DNA of 64,000 bases from Candidatus Methanoperedenaceae archaeon (GCA_963753595.1 CAVWCX010000014.1:39196-103195), one strand, 5' to 3'; positions 45,315 through 56,750 are shown, counted from the first letter of the stretch. The notes: generated from the sequence alone by a model not told the origin. A program made the numbers and translations.

Positions 45315-45503
45315 ATGCAAACTGCAAAACAAGAAGTTAAAGAGATTCTCGCCCATTTACCAGAAGACTGCACGCTGGAGGATATTCAGTATCATCTATA
45401 TGTTTTACAAAAAATCCAACGCGGTCTGGATGATGCCAGAAATGGTCGAGTTTTTTCACAGGAAGAAATTGAAACACGTATGTCAAAATGGCTCGGAAAA
45501 TAG
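45315..45503 (+). CDS. antitoxin-like protein upstream of a RelE/ParE toxin
   Basis: LPEDCTLEDIQYHLYV..GRVFSQEE; overlaps the toxin start. Confidence 0.75.
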   Translation: MQTAKQEVKEILAHLPEDCTLEDIQYHLYVLQKIQRGLDDARNGRVFSQEEIETRMSKWLGK

Positions 45504-45747
45504 TCTGGTCTTATGAAGCGTCTACAGATATTGAAGCGCTTGCTAATTATATTTCCAGAGATTCGATTTTTTATTTTCTGAAAGAGGACGCGTAGTCCCT
45601 GAATTTGGAGATCCAAATATTCGCGAGCTTTTTGTAAGAGATTATCGGCTAATTTACAGCATTGAAGAAGACCGTATCGTATTATTGGGTCTTGTACATG
45701 GAAAGCGTGACCTTAAAACCCTATGGGGAAAAGAGAAAAAAAGATGA
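45488..45747 (+). pseudogene. RelE/ParE toxin with internal deletion
   Basis: MARKIVWS..YISRDSIFY, then shifted SERGRVVPE..RELFVRDYRLIY..VHGKRDL; central helix missing. Confidence 0.8.
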
Positions 45748-45878
45748 AGTTCTGCATCGTCGCCAGAGTCGATCAGCTCATGTCCCTCTGCGATGAACTT
45801 GAAGCTGGGCTCATGCGCTCGCAGGCGGACTGCGAGAAGCTGATGGAGGCGGTTGTGGGGAGGATGCTGGCGGAGTAA
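45744..45878 (+). repeat. hsdS 3'-end-like repeat, copy 2 (open 44-codon frame)
   Basis: MKFCIVARVDQLMSLCDELEAGLMRSQADCEKLMEAVVGRMLAE resembles the type I HsdS C-terminal helix. Confidence 0.8.
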
Positions 45879-46065
45879 CGAGAAAAGGATTTAAATAATA
45901 TGAATCTTTATACTTGACCTGCAAGGATAATAATGAAACCGCATCAAAAGAAGAATACTGAACCTGTTGTATTAAAAAACAAAAATATCGATAGAGAGTT
46001 CGAGTTAAAAGCAATAAATCGTATTCTTGATCGTAGATATGAAGTTTTAATAGAGTTAAGTTAAT

Positions 46066-46530
46066 CTATTTGACATGTGCCTTGACGAACTTCAGGCATA
46101 ATGTAAATACACTATTCTCTGCCTGGTTATCATCCTCTTTTAAGACTCTTATGGACATTTCTTCATATGTTTTATAGACCATTAATCTACAGTTATAGAG
46201 TTCTTTTCTAAAATCAAAAGCTTCCACAGGTGTATAATCTAAATTTAGACCATTATCTTCCAGAAACATTTCTATTGCGGTTAATGCGGTTCTATGGTTT
46301 GCATCAGGGAAAGCCTGCAGAAGTATTATATTTTTTAAATAATACGCAGCTACTTCAAGGATATCTCGGTTCTTCGGGGCATATTCGATTAGTTTTCTTA
46401 TTTCATGCATCTTAATGGGATAATCTTCACTTCCAGAATATTCTATCCGGGGGTATTTTGAGGCACGGATTTTTATTTGCTCATTGATATCCAGTAATAT
46501 TTCCAACGTAAGAAGAATGATCTGACTCAA
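46066..46530 (-). CDS. Fic/Doc family protein
   Basis: LQAFPDANHRTA, a variant of the Fic motif. Confidence 0.82.
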   Translation of the reverse strand: MSQIILLTLEILLDINEQIKIRASKYPRIEYSGSEDYPIKMHEIRKLIEYAPKNRDILEVAAYYLKNIILLQAFPDANHRTALTAIEMFLEDNGLNLDYTPVEAFDFRKELYNCRLMVYKTYEEMSIRVLKEDDNQAENSVFTLCLKFVKAHVK

Positions 46531-46568
46531 TGTTTTCTACCAGCCTACATAAAGCGATCCATGGTTAT

Positions 46569-46675
46569 AATATTTATCCGCATCGTCGCCAGACCAGCTC
46601 ATTTCCCCCCGCGATGAGCTTGAAGCCAAACTCCAGCGATCGCAGGCGGACAGCGAGAGGCTGATATGGGCGGTT
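46569..46675 (+). repeat. hsdS 3'-end-like repeat, copy 3
   Basis: aatatttatccgcatcgtcgccagaccagctcatttccc identical to the start of copy 1. Confidence 0.8.
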
Positions 46676-46793
46676 TTAACAATAGTTCCAGAAGTAGACT
46701 TGTTCCTTGACACGAAAATCGATGATTTTGAACAGGGGGAGCGCTGTTATTCTATCCAAAATACTTAACTGATGAACAATATATAGATATTGT

Positions 46794-47138
46794 TTGATGA
46801 AAGCAAAATTACTCAGGATTTACATCGGGGAATCAGGACGGTATGAAGGAAAGCCTGCGTATCACGCTATTGTTGAACACTTAAGAAGCAAAGGAATTGC
46901 GGGTGCTACTGTATTTCGTGGTTTTGAAGGGTATGGCGTTCACAGTATCCTTCATACGGCAAGCATCCTGCGCCTGAGTGAAGACCTTCCGGTAATTATT
47001 GAGGTAGTGGATACAGAGGAGCGCCTGGAGCCGGTTATTCCCCAGATCAGGAAAATGGCAAAGGACAAGTTGATGACGATACAGGATGTTGATATTTTGG
47101 CCGGGCATGAATATGAAGCGATTTCAAAAAACATATAA
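46794..47138 (+). CDS. DUF190 (PII-like, CrcB-associated) protein
   Basis: LLRIYIGE, GATVFRG, LSEDLPVIIEVVD. Confidence 0.9.
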   Translation: MMKAKLLRIYIGESGRYEGKPAYHAIVEHLRSKGIAGATVFRGFEGYGVHSILHTASILRLSEDLPVIIEVVDTEERLEPVIPQIRKMAKDKLMTIQDVDILAGHEYEAISKNI

Positions 47139-47154
47139 TCCTTCAGGATAATCC

Positions 47155-47769
47155 TTGATCATGCTTACAAAATCAGAGGGAGAGACAGCCATACGCCTGG
47201 CAAGAACGGCAATAAAAGAATGCCTCACAAAGGGAAAAAAGATCACAGCGGAAAATCTTCCGGATGTTTTTAAAGAAATGCGCGGTGTTTTTGTAACATT
47301 GAATAAGAAAATATCCTCAAAAGAGCTTCGCGGCTGTATTGGAAGACCGTATCCCGTCCTGCCTCTTGGGGAAGCTATAATAGTATCAGCCATTAATGCC
47401 GCGCGGGAAGATCCGCGATTCTATCCCGTAGAGCTGCAAGAGCTTAATGAAATTGTTATTGAAGTCACTGTACTCACTGTCCCTAAACGAATTAATGCAA
47501 AACCCAAAGACATTCCGGGTAAGATAAAGGTCGGACGGGATGGACTTATTATTTGTTCTGGAAGGAGTTCGGGGCTTCTTCTTCCGCAGGTCGCAGTCGA
47601 ACATGGATTTGATAGCACTGAATTCCTGTCCCAGACATGCATGAAAGCAGGACTCATGCCTGATTCATGGCTTGAGGGGGCAGAAGTTTATTCCTTTGAA
47701 GGACAGATATTCGAGGAAATAGAACCCGGCGGAGAAATTAGGGAAAAAGATATTAGGCGCAACGAATGA
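47155..47769 (+). CDS. AMMECR1 domain protein
   Basis: GVFVTL, LRGCIG, DPRF, GLLLPQV, CMKAG. Confidence 0.93.
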   Translation: MIMLTKSEGETAIRLARTAIKECLTKGKKITAENLPDVFKEMRGVFVTLNKKISSKELRGCIGRPYPVLPLGEAIIVSAINAAREDPRFYPVELQELNEIVIEVTVLTVPKRINAKPKDIPGKIKVGRDGLIICSGRSSGLLLPQVAVEHGFDSTEFLSQTCMKAGLMPDSWLEGAEVYSFEGQIFEEIEPGGEIREKDIRRNE

Positions 47770-47781
47770 TTATTAAATGGA

Positions 47782-48195
47782 GTGTTAATACCAGAGGAGA
47801 AGAATAAAATGTCTGAATTGCGTATATCCGAGAATTCTTCAAGCGAAGAGATACTTCCGTTTGCAAAAATGGTACATGAACTTTTTTCATTGCCAGTGAC
47901 AATGCGCAGTAAAAATAAAAAAGGTGTCAGGCTTGAAAATGGAAACATAGTTGATAAAGACTATACGGGACCAGTTCTTGAAGAAGTAATGCAAAAAAAC
48001 ATTGTGATCCATACCATACCAACCAGTGGCGCATATAAGGGAATACCCGTTGTTGTAACCCCCGTCATGGACAAAGAAGGTAAATCCATAGCAGCTGTGG
48101 GTATAGTTGATGTTGTTTGTACGATCGACCTTGCCTCAGTATTCGGGAATTATCCGCAGATAGTACGGCAGGTTGAGGAAAGCAAGAAGCGTTAA
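47782..48195 (+). CDS. DUF2111-like methanogen protein
   Basis: LPVTMRS, YTGPVLE, GAYKGIPVVV. Confidence 0.7.
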   Translation: MLIPEEKNKMSELRISENSSSEEILPFAKMVHELFSLPVTMRSKNKKGVRLENGNIVDKDYTGPVLEEVMQKNIVIHTIPTSGAYKGIPVVVTPVMDKEGKSIAAVGIVDVVCTIDLASVFGNYPQIVRQVEESKKR

Positions 48196-48210
48196 AAAAA
48201 GAATAAAAAA

Positions 48211-48504
48211 TTAACAGCCTCTCTGCGCTTTAAGCAGGGTATACATTATTCCCTTCTCCTTCATAAAATCAATTATGTTCTCTATCCATATTTTCATTGC
48301 CAATTTAGTCTTGGCATAACTCAACAAGCTATTTTTTACTCCACCATGCCAGCGTACACCCTTATATTTTTTCTGGAACTCCTCTAAATGCGACTTTTCA
48401 GCCGTGTTCTCAAAGAGACTGGCTAATATTTGTAACGTATATTGAAGATTTTCTTTTTTCATAAATCCCCTCGCACATAAATTATCAATGCAATAGGTAT
48501 ACAC
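48211..48504 (-). CDS. hypothetical protein
   Basis: 97-aa ORF; start uncertain. Confidence 0.5.
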   Translation of the reverse strand: MYTYCIDNLCARGFMKKENLQYTLQILASLFENTAEKSHLEEFQKKYKGVRWHGGVKNSLLSYAKTKLAMKIWIENIIDFMKEKGIMYTLLKAQRGC

Positions 48505-48675
48505 AATATGTTATATATATTTTTCCATGTAGATGATAATACTCATCATTTATATTATTGGAAGAAAGTATCTTTTTATTATAACCTAAAATCGGGGTTG
48601 GAAATTTTTATACAAAGTACTTACAAAGTATTAAATGTCTTAACAATCAAGTAAGCAGTCCACCAGAGGTGAACT

Positions 48676-48825
48676 ATGGCAAGATTTCCAGAAGCGGAAA
48701 AAGTATTATTACACATGAAAATTTGCATGAAATGTAATGCAAGGAATTCAGTACGCGCAACGCGATGCAGAAAATGCGGATATAAAAATCTTAGAATGAA
48801 ATCAAAGGAACTTAAGGGAACGTAA
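48676..48825 (+). CDS. rpl40e: 50S ribosomal protein L40e
   Basis: manual translation [49 protein letters not shown]; gaggtga RBS. Confidence 0.96.
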   Translation: MARFPEAEKVLLHMKICMKCNARNSVRATRCRKCGYKNLRMKSKELKGT

Positions 48826-48829
48826 CTTG

Positions 48830-49576
48830 ATGTCAGTTGAGGAACGTCTCAACCAGATAGTTGAAAAAGAAGGTGCTGTTCACCTTACCCTTTTAGACCC
48901 CGATTCGCAATCGCCTGAAATGGCCGGGAATATCGCAAAAGAAGCGTATCTTGGCGGTACGGATGCAATTATGGTCGGCGGTTCTACAGGGGCCACCGGA
49001 AGTACTGTTGAGCAGACCGTGCAGGCTATAAAATCTGCCTGTGATCTTCCGGTCATTCTTTTCCCGGGAAATGCCGCAGGGCTTGTACCAGGAGCTGATG
49101 CGGTTTTTTTCATGAGCCTTCTTAATTCAAGGGATGTCAATTACATTACAACGAACCAGGCAATCGGGGCTCCGATAGTTTATAAATATAACATCGAACC
49201 GATCTCCATGGCATATATTGTAATAGAACCGGGAGGCATTGCCGGATGGGTGGGAGATGCCCGCCTTATACCGAGGAACAGGCCGAAGCTGGCCGTGGCT
49301 TATTCTCTTGCGGCAAAATATCTTGGGATGCATTACATATATCTTGAAGCAGGTTCAGGGGCAGATAAACCCGTGCCTGTTGAAATGATCCAGGCTGTGA
49401 AAAAAGTGGTTGGAAAATCCACAAAAGTAATCGTTGGAGGCGGAATACGTGACGGGAACACCGCAAAAGAAAGAGTAAAAGCAGGAGCTGACATGATAGT
49501 TACCGGCACGATCGTAGAACAGGTCGATGATGTCAAAAGCAAGATAGAAGAACTTGTGAAAGCTGTAAAGTCGTAA
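48830..49576 (+). CDS. geranylgeranylglyceryl phosphate synthase
   Basis: LLDPD, MVGGS, SLLNS, YLEAGSGA, VGGGIR. Confidence 0.95.
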   Translation: MSVEERLNQIVEKEGAVHLTLLDPDSQSPEMAGNIAKEAYLGGTDAIMVGGSTGATGSTVEQTVQAIKSACDLPVILFPGNAAGLVPGADAVFFMSLLNSRDVNYITTNQAIGAPIVYKYNIEPISMAYIVIEPGGIAGWVGDARLIPRNRPKLAVAYSLAAKYLGMHYIYLEAGSGADKPVPVEMIQAVKKVVGKSTKVIVGGGIRDGNTAKERVKAGADMIVTGTIVEQVDDVKSKIEELVKAVKS

Positions 49577-49845
49577 TAAAAAGCTTTCATTATGATACTC
49601 AAGATACACGACAGAATCGATAACTTTAAATTCTTATAAGCAATCATTTCTCATGGAGACTGTCATCTGGACTGGTGACATTGGTATAAATGAATAACAA
49701 AATATCAGAAATCCAACAAAAACGCCCTGCATTGATGAAAAATATGGGAAAAAAACAACCTGTAGCGCTTGAATCATGGATGATAGAGGAATATTATGTC
49801 CCATATCAAGCTTCTTAATTTTTAATATTTAGCAGAGGGAGTATA

Positions 49846-49998
49846 ATGGAAGTAACGGGAGTTTGCAGTATCTGCGGACATCCGGGAAAGCTGCATACGT
49901 GTATGCTGTGCGGAAGTTTAGTCTGTTCCCGATGTGTCACAGGAGAAGGTGCATGTATTCGCTGTTCTCATGGCAGGTCATTTTCCGGGCAAAAATAG
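49846..49998 (+). CDS. 50-aa microprotein with four CxxC motifs
   Basis: manual translation MEVTGVCSICGHPGKLHTCMLCGSLVCSRCVTGEGACIRCSHGRSFSGQK; gaggga RBS. Confidence 0.8.
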   Translation: MEVTGVCSICGHPGKLHTCMLCGSLVCSRCVTGEGACIRCSHGRSFSGQK

Positions 49999-50092
49999 TT
50001 CATTTGATCAAAATGACAATGCATTTTAATACAAGCTGCTTAATATAGAGCGTAAGGCAGGAGGCTTTCATATCGAGGAGAACTCAACTGAA

Positions 50093-51535
50093 TTGAAACC
50101 CATCAAAGCAATATATGCGGTTCTTGGCAGCGGAGGTATTGGACTTGCTCTTGCAAAAGAGCTTGAGACCAGGACTAAAAATATCATCCTTGTGGATAAT
50201 GATTCTGCAAAGATCGAGACATTAAAAGAACAAAACCTCAATGCTGTACTGGGAAATATCGGTGATTCCGAGCTTCTCCTGAGTCTGGATCTCCAGAATA
50301 TAGAATCTGTTTTTATAATGAGTTCTGACATCGAAGCAAATCAGAAGGCTTTAAATTTTATCCGGAAAAAAGCTCCTGATGTCCAGATAGTTACAAGGGT
50401 CAATAATTACCAGCAGAAAGAAGAAATGGAAGCTGCTGGCGCTGACCTTGTGGTCCTTCCTTCGAACCTGCCGATAAAAGCGATAGCATCCGCCATTGTC
50501 CAGTATATAGAAAAAATGAAATCTGTAAAACTTGCCCAGGACCTGAAAAAATTAATCAATACAGTAGGTGAAGGAAAACTAGCGATCATAGTCCATGACA
50601 ATCCTGATCCCGATGCCATCTCAAGCGCTATGGGCCTGAAGGAAATCGCAAACAGCGTAGGGGTCAAAGCGGATATTCTTTATAAAGGCATCATTGGGCA
50701 TCATGAAAACAAAGCATTTGTAAACCTTCTTGATATAGAGATGGACCAGTCAAAAGACTTCAAGGCGTCAGATTATAAAAAAATAGCGCTCATTGAATCA
50801 TCTGCGCCAGGTGTAAATAATTTACTTCCCCCTGGCACGAAGGTCAGCATTGTTATTGATCACCACCAGGCCAATATGGAAGAATTGGAAGCAGAATACA
50901 TAGACATCAGATCCAACATTGGCGCGACAGCTACCATAATGACAAAATATCTCCAGGAACTTGAAATACCGATAAAGACCGAGCTTGCTACAGCATTATT
51001 ATATGGTATAAAAGTGGACACGGATGACTTCAGGAGAAATACCGATCCTGCTGACATGACAGCTGCAGCTTTTCTCTTTCCTCTTGCAAACCACGATATA
51101 TTGAACCGGATCGAGACCCCATCAAAATCCACTGAATCGATCGATATTCTTGGTGAAGCTATTAAAAACCGTCAGATAAAAGGCAGTTACCTCATATCCA
51201 ATGTGGGAACGATCCGCGACAGGGATACGCTGGCTCAGGCTGCAGATTACCTGCTGACGCTTGAAGGAATAACAACAACGCTGGTTTTTGGTCTTGGTGA
51301 AGACACTATATATATTTCAGGAAGATCCCGGGATGACAGGATAAATATCGGAAAGATCCTGGCTGATGCATTCGGCGCTGATAAGGCCGGAGGGCATGCA
51401 ATGCTGGCAGGGGCGCAAATACCTCTTGGGGTTTTTAGCGGTACAAAAGATAAGCAGACGCTTCTGAAACTGGCTGAAGAAGCTGTCGTGAAACGATTCC
51501 TGACTGTTGTAGGTATGAAGAAAGAACCAAATTGA
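50093..51535 (+). CDS. TrkA-N plus DHH/DHHA1 phosphoesterase
   Basis: GSGGIG, HDNPDPD, IDHH, AGGH. Confidence 0.9.
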   Translation: MKPIKAIYAVLGSGGIGLALAKELETRTKNIILVDNDSAKIETLKEQNLNAVLGNIGDSELLLSLDLQNIESVFIMSSDIEANQKALNFIRKKAPDVQIVTRVNNYQQKEEMEAAGADLVVLPSNLPIKAIASAIVQYIEKMKSVKLAQDLKKLINTVGEGKLAIIVHDNPDPDAISSAMGLKEIANSVGVKADILYKGIIGHHENKAFVNLLDIEMDQSKDFKASDYKKIALIESSAPGVNNLLPPGTKVSIVIDHHQANMEELEAEYIDIRSNIGATATIMTKYLQELEIPIKTELATALLYGIKVDTDDFRRNTDPADMTAAAFLFPLANHDILNRIETPSKSTESIDILGEAIKNRQIKGSYLISNVGTIRDRDTLAQAADYLLTLEGITTTLVFGLGEDTIYISGRSRDDRINIGKILADAFGADKAGGHAMLAGAQIPLGVFSGTKDKQTLLKLAEEAVVKRFLTVVGMKKEPN

Positions 51536-51624
51536 TTTTCCGGTATAATTCTTTAGAATAATTTAGTAGATCATTTTTCCAGAATAGTTATCTATTCCCT
51601 TTACAATAAATACCCCCAGATATT

Positions 51625-54367
51625 ATGGACGAGTACCAGCTTGATTATTTCAAAGAGAACGGATTTGTGCGAAAACAGTGCCCCAAATGCGGCAAGAATT
51701 TCTGGACGAGGGATTCCGAAACTGAATTTTGCGGAGACCCGCCCTGCGTTTCATATTCATTTATAGGAAAACCCGTTTTCAAGAAAGAATACGATATATC
51801 CTCTATGCGGGAGGCATATCTTTCATTTTTCGAGAAAGAGGGGCATACCCGTGTTAACCGTTATCCTGTTATCGCACGCTGGCGTGATGATATTTATCTC
51901 ACGATTGCTTCAATTGCGGATTTCCAGCCCTTCGTTACATCCGGCCTTGTTCCGCCGCCTGCTAATCCTCTCACTATATCGCAGCCCTGCATCCGTCTTG
52001 ATGACCTTGACGCAGTAGGCAGGAGCGGCCGCCACCTTACAACATTTGAGATGATGGCGCATCACTGCTTTAACAAACGAGGGCAGGAAATATACTGGAA
52101 GGACAGGACTGTTGAGTTGTGTGATTCTCTGCTTGCCAGTCTTGGCCTTGATCTGAACGCGGTGACATATAAGGAAGCGCCCTGGGCAGGCGGGGGAAAT
52201 GCAGGCCCCAGCGTTGAAGTGCTGGTTGGCGGACTTGAACTTGCAACTCTTGTCTTTATGGACCTGAAGCAGACAAAAGGCGGCTCAATAAATATAAAAG
52301 GTGAGACCTATGAAAAGATGGACAATTATATTGTTGATACAGGTTATGGTCTTGAGAGGTTCGTGTGGGCATCAAAAGGCTCGCCCACGATATACGATGC
52401 CGTGTTCCCTAAAATTGTGAATGAACTCATGGATCTTGCAGGTATTGAGCATTCTATTGAAAATCCTGAATATGCAGAGATTTTCTCGCAAAATGCAAGG
52501 TTAGCAGGTGTAATGGATATCAGCGGGCAGGCCAACCTTCTCCAGCTCAGGAAGAAAGTGGCAGACAGCATCGGAACGACCGTTGAAAAACTCCAGAGGA
52601 TCATGGTCCCGGTCGAGACCGTTTATTCTATCACCGACCATACAAGATGCCTTGCCTTCATGCTGGGTGACGGCATAATCCCGTCGAACGTGAAAGCGGG
52701 TTATCTCACAAGACTTGTGCTTCGCCGGACGCTTCGGCTTATGAAAGAACTGGATATCAGGGAACCCATGATTGAAATTATCGAGATGCAGATACGGAAT
52801 TTCCCTGAATATCCGGAATTCAGGGAGCGGCTTGAAACGATAAGGGAAATTGTTGCACTTGAAGAGGAAAAGTACGCTGATACCATTGAGCGCGGAACGA
52901 AACTTGTAAAGAAGACGGCTTTGCATTTCAAGGAGAAAAAACAGGCAATTCCGCTTGGTGAAATCATACAGTTATACGATACGCACGGTATCCCGCCTGA
53001 AATAACCCGTGAAGTCGCAAAAGAAGCAGGTGTCGTAGTGGAACTCCCGGATACGTTCTATTCACTTGTGGCGCAATCGCACAGCAAGGCGCAAACAGAA
53101 GAAGAAGAGACATCTTGCGCTTGATTTACCGCTAACACAAAAGCTTTATTATGAAGATCCCGAACAAATAGAGTTTGAGGCAACGGTTCTTGATGTTATT
53201 GAAAACAATGTGATCCTTGACAGGACTGTGTTCTACCCTGAAGGCGGAGGCCAGCCTGCTGATCACGGGACGCTTTCAGTCAATGATTATGTTGCAAACG
53301 TAACGGATGTACAGAACCTAAATGGAGTTATAGTCCATGAGACCGATTCTGATTTTGGCTTTAAGAAAGGCGATACTGTAAAAGGGAAAATTGACTGGGA
53401 GCGCCGGTTAGCCCATATGCGCCACCATACTGCCACACATATTGTGAACGAAGCGGCTAAATCCGTGTTAGGAAAGCATATCTGGCAAACAGGCGCCCAG
53501 AAATCCACGGACAGGGCAAGGCTTGACCTGACGCATTTTAAACGTATTACTGATGAAGAGTTCAAAGAGATAGAACTTCTTGCTAATAAAGCCGTAATGA
53601 AGAACCAGCCTGTATTCATCGACTGGATGGACAGGATCGAGGCAGAACAGCGTTACGGTTTTGTGCTTTACCAGGGCGGTGTGCCGCCGGGAAAGGATAT
53701 CCGTATCCTCCGGGTGGGTAATGATGTGGAAGCCTGCGGCGGGACGCATGTTTCAAATACAGGATTGATAGGGCCTATCAAGCTCATTAAGACAGAGAGG
53801 ATCCAGGATGGTGTTGAGCGAATCGAGTTCTCAGCAGGTGAAGCTGCGGTTAAACGCATGCAGGAAAGGGATGAACTGTTAAACAGTGCCTCGGAAGCGC
53901 TTCGTGTTTCCCCTGACCAGCTTCCTGTTACCGTGAACCGGTTCTTTGATGAATGGAAGGAATTCAAGAAGGAGAACGAGCGGCTGAAGGCAGAACTTGC
54001 GGAAGTGAGAGTGAAAGCGATGATGAGCGATGCTGTTGATATCAATGGCCTGAAAGTTCTCGCCAGGAAGATCCCCCATGCTGACGTTGAAGAGCTTATC
54101 AAGGCTGCCACAGAATTCAGCAAGAACGACGATGTTGTAGCGATCCTTGCAAGTGATAAAAGCGGGGTCAAGATCGTTGTGTCGGCGGGGGCGCGCGCGC
54201 AGAAAATGGGGGTGAACTCAGGCGCAATTGTGCGCGAGATGTCAAAGTTCCTGGGCGGAGGCGGTGGAGGGAAGCCGGGAATAGCGCAGGGCGGAGGGAC
54301 GGATGCTTCGAAGATAGGGGAGGCGCTGGAGAAGGGCGTGGAGATGGTGAGGGAGAAAGTGAAGTAA
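51625..54367 (+). CDS. alaS: alanyl-tRNA synthetase (archaeal type); apparent frameshift near 53110
   Basis: ASIADFQP, HLTTFEMMAHH, DTGYGLER, HHTATH, ACGGTH, GGGGGG C-Ala domain. Confidence 0.95.
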
Positions 54368-54398
54368 GTGGTGCAATAAAACAAACACCAATAACTCC

Positions 54399-54662
54399 CT
54401 AAGGGAGCTTGGTGCTTGTTGTTATTCGATCAAATTCTTTTTCATTTAGGGTTTTAAAGCTTATTTCTATCTCTGGAAGCTTATTTTTTACAACATCCCA
54501 GACTATATCCCAGCTAATTCCGAAATATGCATGGATCAATTTATCTCTCATACCTGCAATTTTCTTCCATTCAATATCAGGGTATTTTTCCTTTAAAGGA
54601 TCGGAAATGTTTTTGGCTGCCTCGCCGATAATCTCTATGCTTCTTGGAAAAGCCCTTTTCAA
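54399..54662 (-). pseudogene. HEPN (DUF86/HepT) toxin, N-terminally truncated
   Basis: IEIIGEA, RDKLIHAYFG; first helix absent. Confidence 0.75.
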
Positions 54663-54665
54663 TCG

Positions 54666-54956
54666 TCACTTTTCACACCAGACAACCTCCCTCTCCACAT
54701 AGGGGCGAACATACTTGTCCAACCCGCTGGTGGTGATTAAATCAACCTTTTTTGCAAAAAGGTCTTCAAGGAAGAAGCTCAGTTCCATAAAGTTGTCAAA
54801 GCTTTTTTTGGTGTTCTCAAACTCCACCAGAACGTCAACATCACTTTCCTCATTAGCCTCTCCCCTCACCATTGAGCCGAAAACTCCAATTTTTTTGACT
54901 CCGAACCTTTCTTTCAGGAAAGTCTTATTTTTCTTAACGATAGCAAGAACATCCAT
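54666..54956 (-). CDS. MNT nucleotidyltransferase antitoxin
   Basis: FGSMVRGE..SDVDVLVEF, KVDLIT. Confidence 0.9.
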   Translation of the reverse strand: MDVLAIVKKNKTFLKERFGVKKIGVFGSMVRGEANEESDVDVLVEFENTKKSFDNFMELSFFLEDLFAKKVDLITTSGLDKYVRPYVEREVVWCEK

Positions 54957-55044
54957 AATTAGTTTCTATCTTAATATTGACCATATAGCACATCAAGCTT
55001 TTCAATAGTTTTATAAATCTTTGAGACTGTTCTAATTCGTTGAC

Positions 55045-56750
55045 ATGAAGAAATATGATTCTTACAAGCCGATATTAAAAAACTGGTTGTATGGCATAGC
55101 GTTCTACTTCATTCCTTTCATCATTGGATATTTGGCCTTTAATTTTGTCCTTTCTGATAGTGTTATGCACACCGACGTTGACAGCGCCAGGTACATGCTC
55201 AGCGCCTTGATTCAGAGCGAGGCTGCAATCGTGGCGCTCGTTGTTACTTTGAGCCTTGTGGCGGTGCAGCTTGCGGCGCAGTCGTATTCGGCGAGGGTGA
55301 TCGAGGTGTTCAAGAAGACGCCGGATTTGTGGATTCTGATGGGGATTTACGGGATTGCTATTTTTTATGGGTTGGGTGTACTGAAGATGATTGAAAATCC
55401 TCTGGTGGGAAGGCAGTCGAATCTTGAAGGGCATATAGCGTTTTCTTATTATCTTGGTGTTTTTGCGTTTGTGGCGCTGGTGCCGTATATGTGGAAGATG
55501 TTTGAGATGCTGAAGCCTTCGACTGTAATCGATATGCTAGCGGAGCGCATAACAAAGAATAATATCTTAGCTGCTGTTGGAGAAGGTAGAGGAAAAATCG
55601 TGGGGAGAAGAGCTTCTCTGTGAGAGGGCGAGGATTGTTGAAAAAGATCCCATTCAACCGATTATTGATATTGTGCGTGGCTCTTTGATGAAATACGATT
55701 ACGAAACATTAAAAGATGGATTGAGAGCAATCGGAGAAAAAGCTGAGACTATTATTAAAAATGGAGAGGGGGAAGATAAACGAAAAGTATTAATACCTAT
55801 TTTTGTTCACTTAACCAGATTTGGAGAGCTGGCTGCAAATAGGAAAGATGGAGAATCTACCTTGGAAGTAACAGTATATTTGAAAAAAATTGGATTGACC
55901 TCAACAAACCAAAAATTTGGGGGCGCCGCAATTCATATCGTTTTTTCACTCCAAGGAATAGGAAAAGCTGCAGCTGAACAAAAACTGGACGAAGTTATTA
56001 TTGATATAGTACGCTTCTTCAAGAGATTGGGATAACTGCCGTTAAACAAGGACTCAAAGAAACAACACAGGTAGTAGCAGATTCTTTGGGGGAAATTGGA
56101 GAAGTTGCGGCCAAACAGAAACTCGAAGAGGTTCTAGTTAAATTAGTGCGCTCCTTAGAAGAGGTAGGAAAAGCAGCCGCAGAGCAAGAATTTAAGAAGT
56201 TCGCAACATTAAAGGCTGTAGATTCCCTCAGAACGATTGGGGAAGCTGTAGCTGAACAGAAACTTGAGAGTGTTATGGTTATGGTAATGCTTTCCATTGA
56301 GGAAGTTGGAAAAGCTGCTGCTGAGAAAAAACTTGACTATAAGTCGCGAAAGATAGAATCCTATCGACAAAGAATGAGGTATCAATTGGAAAGATTAGAG
56401 CTCAGAAGTGCAACGCAAGAGGCAATTTTTTCTCTCGGAAGCTTGGAAAAGTGCTTCAACACATAATTGAGGAAGCAATACAACGCAGTATTATGTCTCG
56501 GATATATCGAAGAGCGACATCTAGGACAAATTTGAGTTCGAACCAATGCAGGCTGCAAAATCAGTCGGAATATCTAGGAAAGGCTGCAGCGAACAAAAAT
56601 TAAATGATGAAGCACGAAAATCGACTTTCTCGAAGAAATTGCAAAAATTGTAAGAAGACAAGAACATTCATATTCTTTGAACAGTGTAGAAATGGCAATA
56701 AGAGAAATAAACGATCTCTCAGCAAAATAGAGAAAAATTGACTTTGATGA
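55045..56750 (+). CDS. DUF2254-like membrane protein with helical repeats; several frame breaks
   Basis: SLVAVQLAAQSYS; repeated (I/V)G(K/E)AAAEQKL units across three ORFs. Confidence 0.6.

Noticed and set aside
45111-46675. CRISPR array or functional type I RM locus
   Set aside because: The repeats are over 100 bp, degenerate and separated by gene-sized spacers; there are no cas, hsdR or hsdM genes.
53066-53124. Naturally split or programmed-frameshift alaS
   Set aside because: The break lies in a GAA repeat in a window full of indels, so error is the simpler explanation.
53668-54384. Long antisense ORFs (also 42582-43265, 2202-2747 and others)
   Set aside because: These are shadows of well-supported genes on the opposite strand and carry no motifs.
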